A DNA stretch of 64,000 bases, taken from the sequence record SRR22947725_1140; one strand, written 5' to 3'. The notes beneath the pieces are model-generated. The model did not search any database, was not told the DNA's origin, and worked only from the letters and a program-made list of their open reading frames with translations. Positions within the stretch are counted from its first letter, which is position 1. Every line of letters begins with the position of its first letter. Positions 61,205 through 64,000 of the stretch are shown piece by piece. The position numbers were made by a program, and so were the translations under genes.

Positions 61205-63235
61205 ATGAAAAAAATTCTAAATAGTACTTTTGGTTTAAAATCTTTTAAGCGCGGGCAAAAAGAAATAATACAATCCGTTATACATGGAAAAGATGTCTTT
61301 GTAGTAATGCCCACAGGTTCGGGTAAATCATTATGTTATCAGCTCCCGGCCATTGTGAGGGAAGGTTTAACAGTTGTTATATCACCGTTGATTGCACTGA
61401 TGATGTCACAGGTCCTTTATCTCAAAAAACTTGGAATAAACTGTGGAGCATTAACTTCAAGTAGTAGCCCAGGAGAGGTTACAGAAATTTTAGACAACCT
61501 TAGTCAAAAAACTCTTAAAATTCTATACATAGCACCTGAAAGGTTATCAAAGGCTTCTACAATCAAAATACTAAAAGCTGGAAATGTAAATTTAATAGCA
61601 GTCGATGAAGCACATTGTGTTAGTCAATGGGGTCATGATTTTAGACCTAACTACTTATTAATTGGTAATCTAAGGAAAAGCTTAAATGTCCCTCTTGTAG
61701 CACTAACAGCGACTGCCGGGCCAAGAACAAAGATTGAAATAACTAAACTGTTATTTGGAAAAAATAAGCCTAAATCTTTTTATTTTGGTTACGATCGACC
61801 CAACATCTTTATGTCTTTTCAACTAAAGAGTTCCCCAAGAGATCAAATTTTAAATTTTGTTAAAAAAAATAAAAAAACGAGTGGGATTGTGTACTGTGCA
61901 ACCCGTGCAAAAACAGAAACAATAGCAAACGCACTTAATGAAATAGGTTACTCTGCTTTAGCATACCATGCCGGCCTAGAATCCAGTATTCGCCGAAATG
62001 TCGAGACTCTATTTAGCTCTAAAAATAATTTAATAATTGTTGCAACAATAGCGTTCGGTATGGGACTAGATAAGCCAAACATTAGATGGATTGTGCACGC
62101 TGACATACCTCAATCAATCGAAAATTACTATCAAGAAATTGGGCGAGCAGGTCGTGATGGAAAACCTGCAATAGCTTTAACTCTTTATAACCAAGAAGAT
62201 ATTGATTTTAGAAGACAACAAATTAATGAGGGCACTATGATGGAAGTTCAAAAAGATCTTAACCATCAGCGTCTTAATCACATAATTGGGCTAGCAGATG
62301 ATATAGATTGCCGTCGTAAAAATCTGCTGAGATACTTTGGAGAGGATATTGTATTATGTAAAAATTGTGACTTATGTAAAAACCCAAAAGACACATTTGA
62401 AGCCTCTAAATCTATACAAAAAATACTAGAATGTATAATTTTAACAAATGAAAAATATTCTATTGCTAATATTATTAATCTACTGATTGGACAGCTAACA
62501 GATAAAATAAAAAAAAATAATGATCAAAAAAATAAGTTCTTTGGTACAGGAAAAGAGTTTAATAACCTTCAATGGTTAGCTATTATCCGGCAAATGATGG
62601 GAAGAGACCTAATTCGTCCGTCTCTAAAGGGAGTGAACTCAATCTGTTTAACAGTTCAAGGAAAAATGTTCCTCACTAATAAGCACCCAATTAATTTTAA
62701 CCTAGATTCGTTTCACAAAATATCAAAAAAGTTAAAAATTAAAACATTGGTTTCTGATGATGATCAAGCTCTTTTATCTATGTTAAAAGCAAACTGTAGA
62801 AAATTAGCGGAAAACAGTAATATACCTAGTCATTTTATTTTTCGGGAAGCGACTTTAATTGAAATGGCTATAAAGAAACCAAAAAATATAGATGAGTTTT
62901 TTATGATACATGGTGTAGGGCCTAAGAAATTAGAAAAGTTTAGTACATCATTTTTAAACATAATTAATATCTCACCTCCTGACCCTTTACACCCCGCACG
63001 AAGAAAATTGATAGGAGGCAACTCCGCTTATATTTATGATCAACTTATTGAGGCCCAGTCAAAATTGGCATATGGTAAAGATGGGCACCAAAAAAAAATT
63101 ACTTGCTCTCCCTCGATAATTGCTAAAATATCAAAATTAATAAATCCCACACAAGCAGTTATTAATAATATTCTTGGCGAAAAAAAGGCTCTTCGCTTTG
63201 GGAAGGCGTTTTTAAAAATATTGAAAGACTTTTAA
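61205..63235 (+). CDS. recQ: ATP-dependent DNA helicase RecQ
   Basis: MPTGSGKSLCYQ, DEAHCVSQWGHDFRP, ALTATA, AFGMG, QEIGRAGRDG, Zn-binding CRR..CKNCDLC, RQC and HRDC regions. Confidence 0.94.
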   Translation: MKKILNSTFGLKSFKRGQKEIIQSVIHGKDVFVVMPTGSGKSLCYQLPAIVREGLTVVISPLIALMMSQVLYLKKLGINCGALTSSSSPGEVTEILDNLSQKTLKILYIAPERLSKASTIKILKAGNVNLIAVDEAHCVSQWGHDFRPNYLLIGNLRKSLNVPLVALTATAGPRTKIEITKLLFGKNKPKSFYFGYDRPNIFMSFQLKSSPRDQILNFVKKNKKTSGIVYCATRAKTETIANALNEIGYSALAYHAGLESSIRRNVETLFSSKNNLIIVATIAFGMGLDKPNIRWIVHADIPQSIENYYQEIGRAGRDGKPAIALTLYNQEDIDFRRQQINEGTMMEVQKDLNHQRLNHIIGLADDIDCRRKNLLRYFGEDIVLCKNCDLCKNPKDTFEASKSIQKILECIILTNEKYSIANIINLLIGQLTDKIKKNNDQKNKFFGTGKEFNNLQWLAIIRQMMGRDLIRPSLKGVNSICLTVQGKMFLTNKHPINFNLDSFHKISKKLKIKTLVSDDDQALLSMLKANCRKLAENSNIPSHFIFREATLIEMAIKKPKNIDEFFMIHGVGPKKLEKFSTSFLNIINISPPDPLHPARRKLIGGNSAYIYDQLIEAQSKLAYGKDGHQKKITCSPSIIAKISKLINPTQAVINNILGEKKALRFGKAFLKILKDF

Positions 63236-63291
63236 TAAAAATTAATATATTTTAATAAAGTATCTGTTAAACAAAACCGAGGTTTAAAGAA

Positions 63292-64000
63292 ATGTTAACT
63301 GTTATTTCACCAGCCAAGAAGCTTAATCTTGAACCAAATATAAAAATTCTACAAACCAAACCCACTTTTAAAGCGGAAGCCAATAACTTAGCGGCTACAG
63401 TGAGTAAACTGTCTACAGTTGAACAACAGAAACTTATGTCGATCTCTGAAAAGTTAGCAGAATTAAACAAAAAAAGATTTCAGTCTTTTAAAACAGAGCC
63501 AACTTCAGAAGAATCTCTTGCAGCAGTTTTTGCATTTGCTGGAGATACTTATACTGGTCTAGAGGTGGAAACCTTCGAAAACGAAGAACTTGATTTTGCC
63601 CAAAACCATCTACGAATTTTATCTGGATTATACGGTATCTTAAAGCCTTTGGATGCGATTCAACCTTATCGACTCGAAATGGGAAGCAAATTAAATACAA
63701 ATAAGGGAAAATCCTTATATAAATACTGGGGCGATATGTTAAGCTTAAAGCTTAATGAGCATGCCAAAGATGTTAATACAAATATATTAATAAATTGTGC
63801 AAGTCAGGAGTATTTTGGTGCAATAAAACAAGAGGCTCTTAATTTAAAGGTTATTACACCTGTATTTCTTGAAAATAAGGCGGAAGGTCCAAAAATTATA
63901 AGTTTTTTTGCAAAAAGAGCTCGTGGAGCAATGGCTAGATTTATTATACAAAATAGAATAACTACTCCAGAGTATTTAAGTGATTTTGATACTGGAGGAT
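63292..64000 (+). CDS. yaaA: Peroxide stress protein YaaA (DUF328), partial (runs off the window end)
   Basis: Not in the ORF track. Translated by hand from ATG 63292: MLTVISPAKKL...LMSISEKLAELN...FAGDTYTGL...LRILSGLYGILKPLDAIQPYRLEMG...NCASQEYF...FFAKRARGAM. Confidence 0.93.
   Translation, partial: MLTVISPAKKLNLEPNIKILQTKPTFKAEANNLAATVSKLSTVEQQKLMSISEKLAELNKKRFQSFKTEPTSEESLAAVFAFAGDTYTGLEVETFENEELDFAQNHLRILSGLYGILKPLDAIQPYRLEMGSKLNTNKGKSLYKYWGDMLSLKLNEHAKDVNTNILINCASQEYFGAIKQEALNLKVITPVFLENKAEGPKIISFFAKRARGAMARFIIQNRITTPEYLSDFDTGG

Noticed and set aside
1..64000. CRISPR arrays, tRNA/rRNA genes, IS elements, integrases, prophage
   Set aside because: All intergenic gaps are short. I saw no repeat-spacer periodicity, cloverleaf/T-loop pattern, terminal inverted repeats or mobile-element ORFs by eye; a tRNAscan/Rfam run would be definitive.

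Overview
AT-rich, gene-dense chromosomal segment of a streamlined marine-type Rhodobacterales (Roseobacter-group) alphaproteobacterium. The taxonomic call is inferred from protein sequences and the regB-senC-regA and tsaE-amgK-murU-addB-addA-trxA synteny. The left half (about 1-33 kb) is mostly accessory metabolism: a cbbF-cbbA-rpe block lacking PRK, transketolase and RuBisCO; a DgcA/DgcN-like racemase plus DUF1611 pair; a class III aminotransferase, an atypical Liv-type ABC importer and an FAD oxidase; a tandem glycine riboswitch ahead of gcvTHP and puuE; a DapA-like aldolase / dihydropyrimidinase / hydantoin racemase / amidase operon; and several DMT/MFS transporters. The right half is conserved core: hemD-mic60-hemY, tsaD-gpsA, ahcY, regA-senC-regB, tsaE-amgK-murU-addBA-trxA, a class A PBP, mlaC-mlaA, rsmD, recQ and yaaA. 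I saw no tRNA, rRNA, CRISPR array, transposase, integrase or phage gene. The best candidates for undescribed biology are the cyclic-amide catabolic operon lacking a classical carbamoylase, the RuBisCO-less cbb-type block, and the ABC importer with enlarged Cys-bearing permeases next to D-amino-acid enzymes. All functional assignments come from motif recognition by eye, not from database searches.
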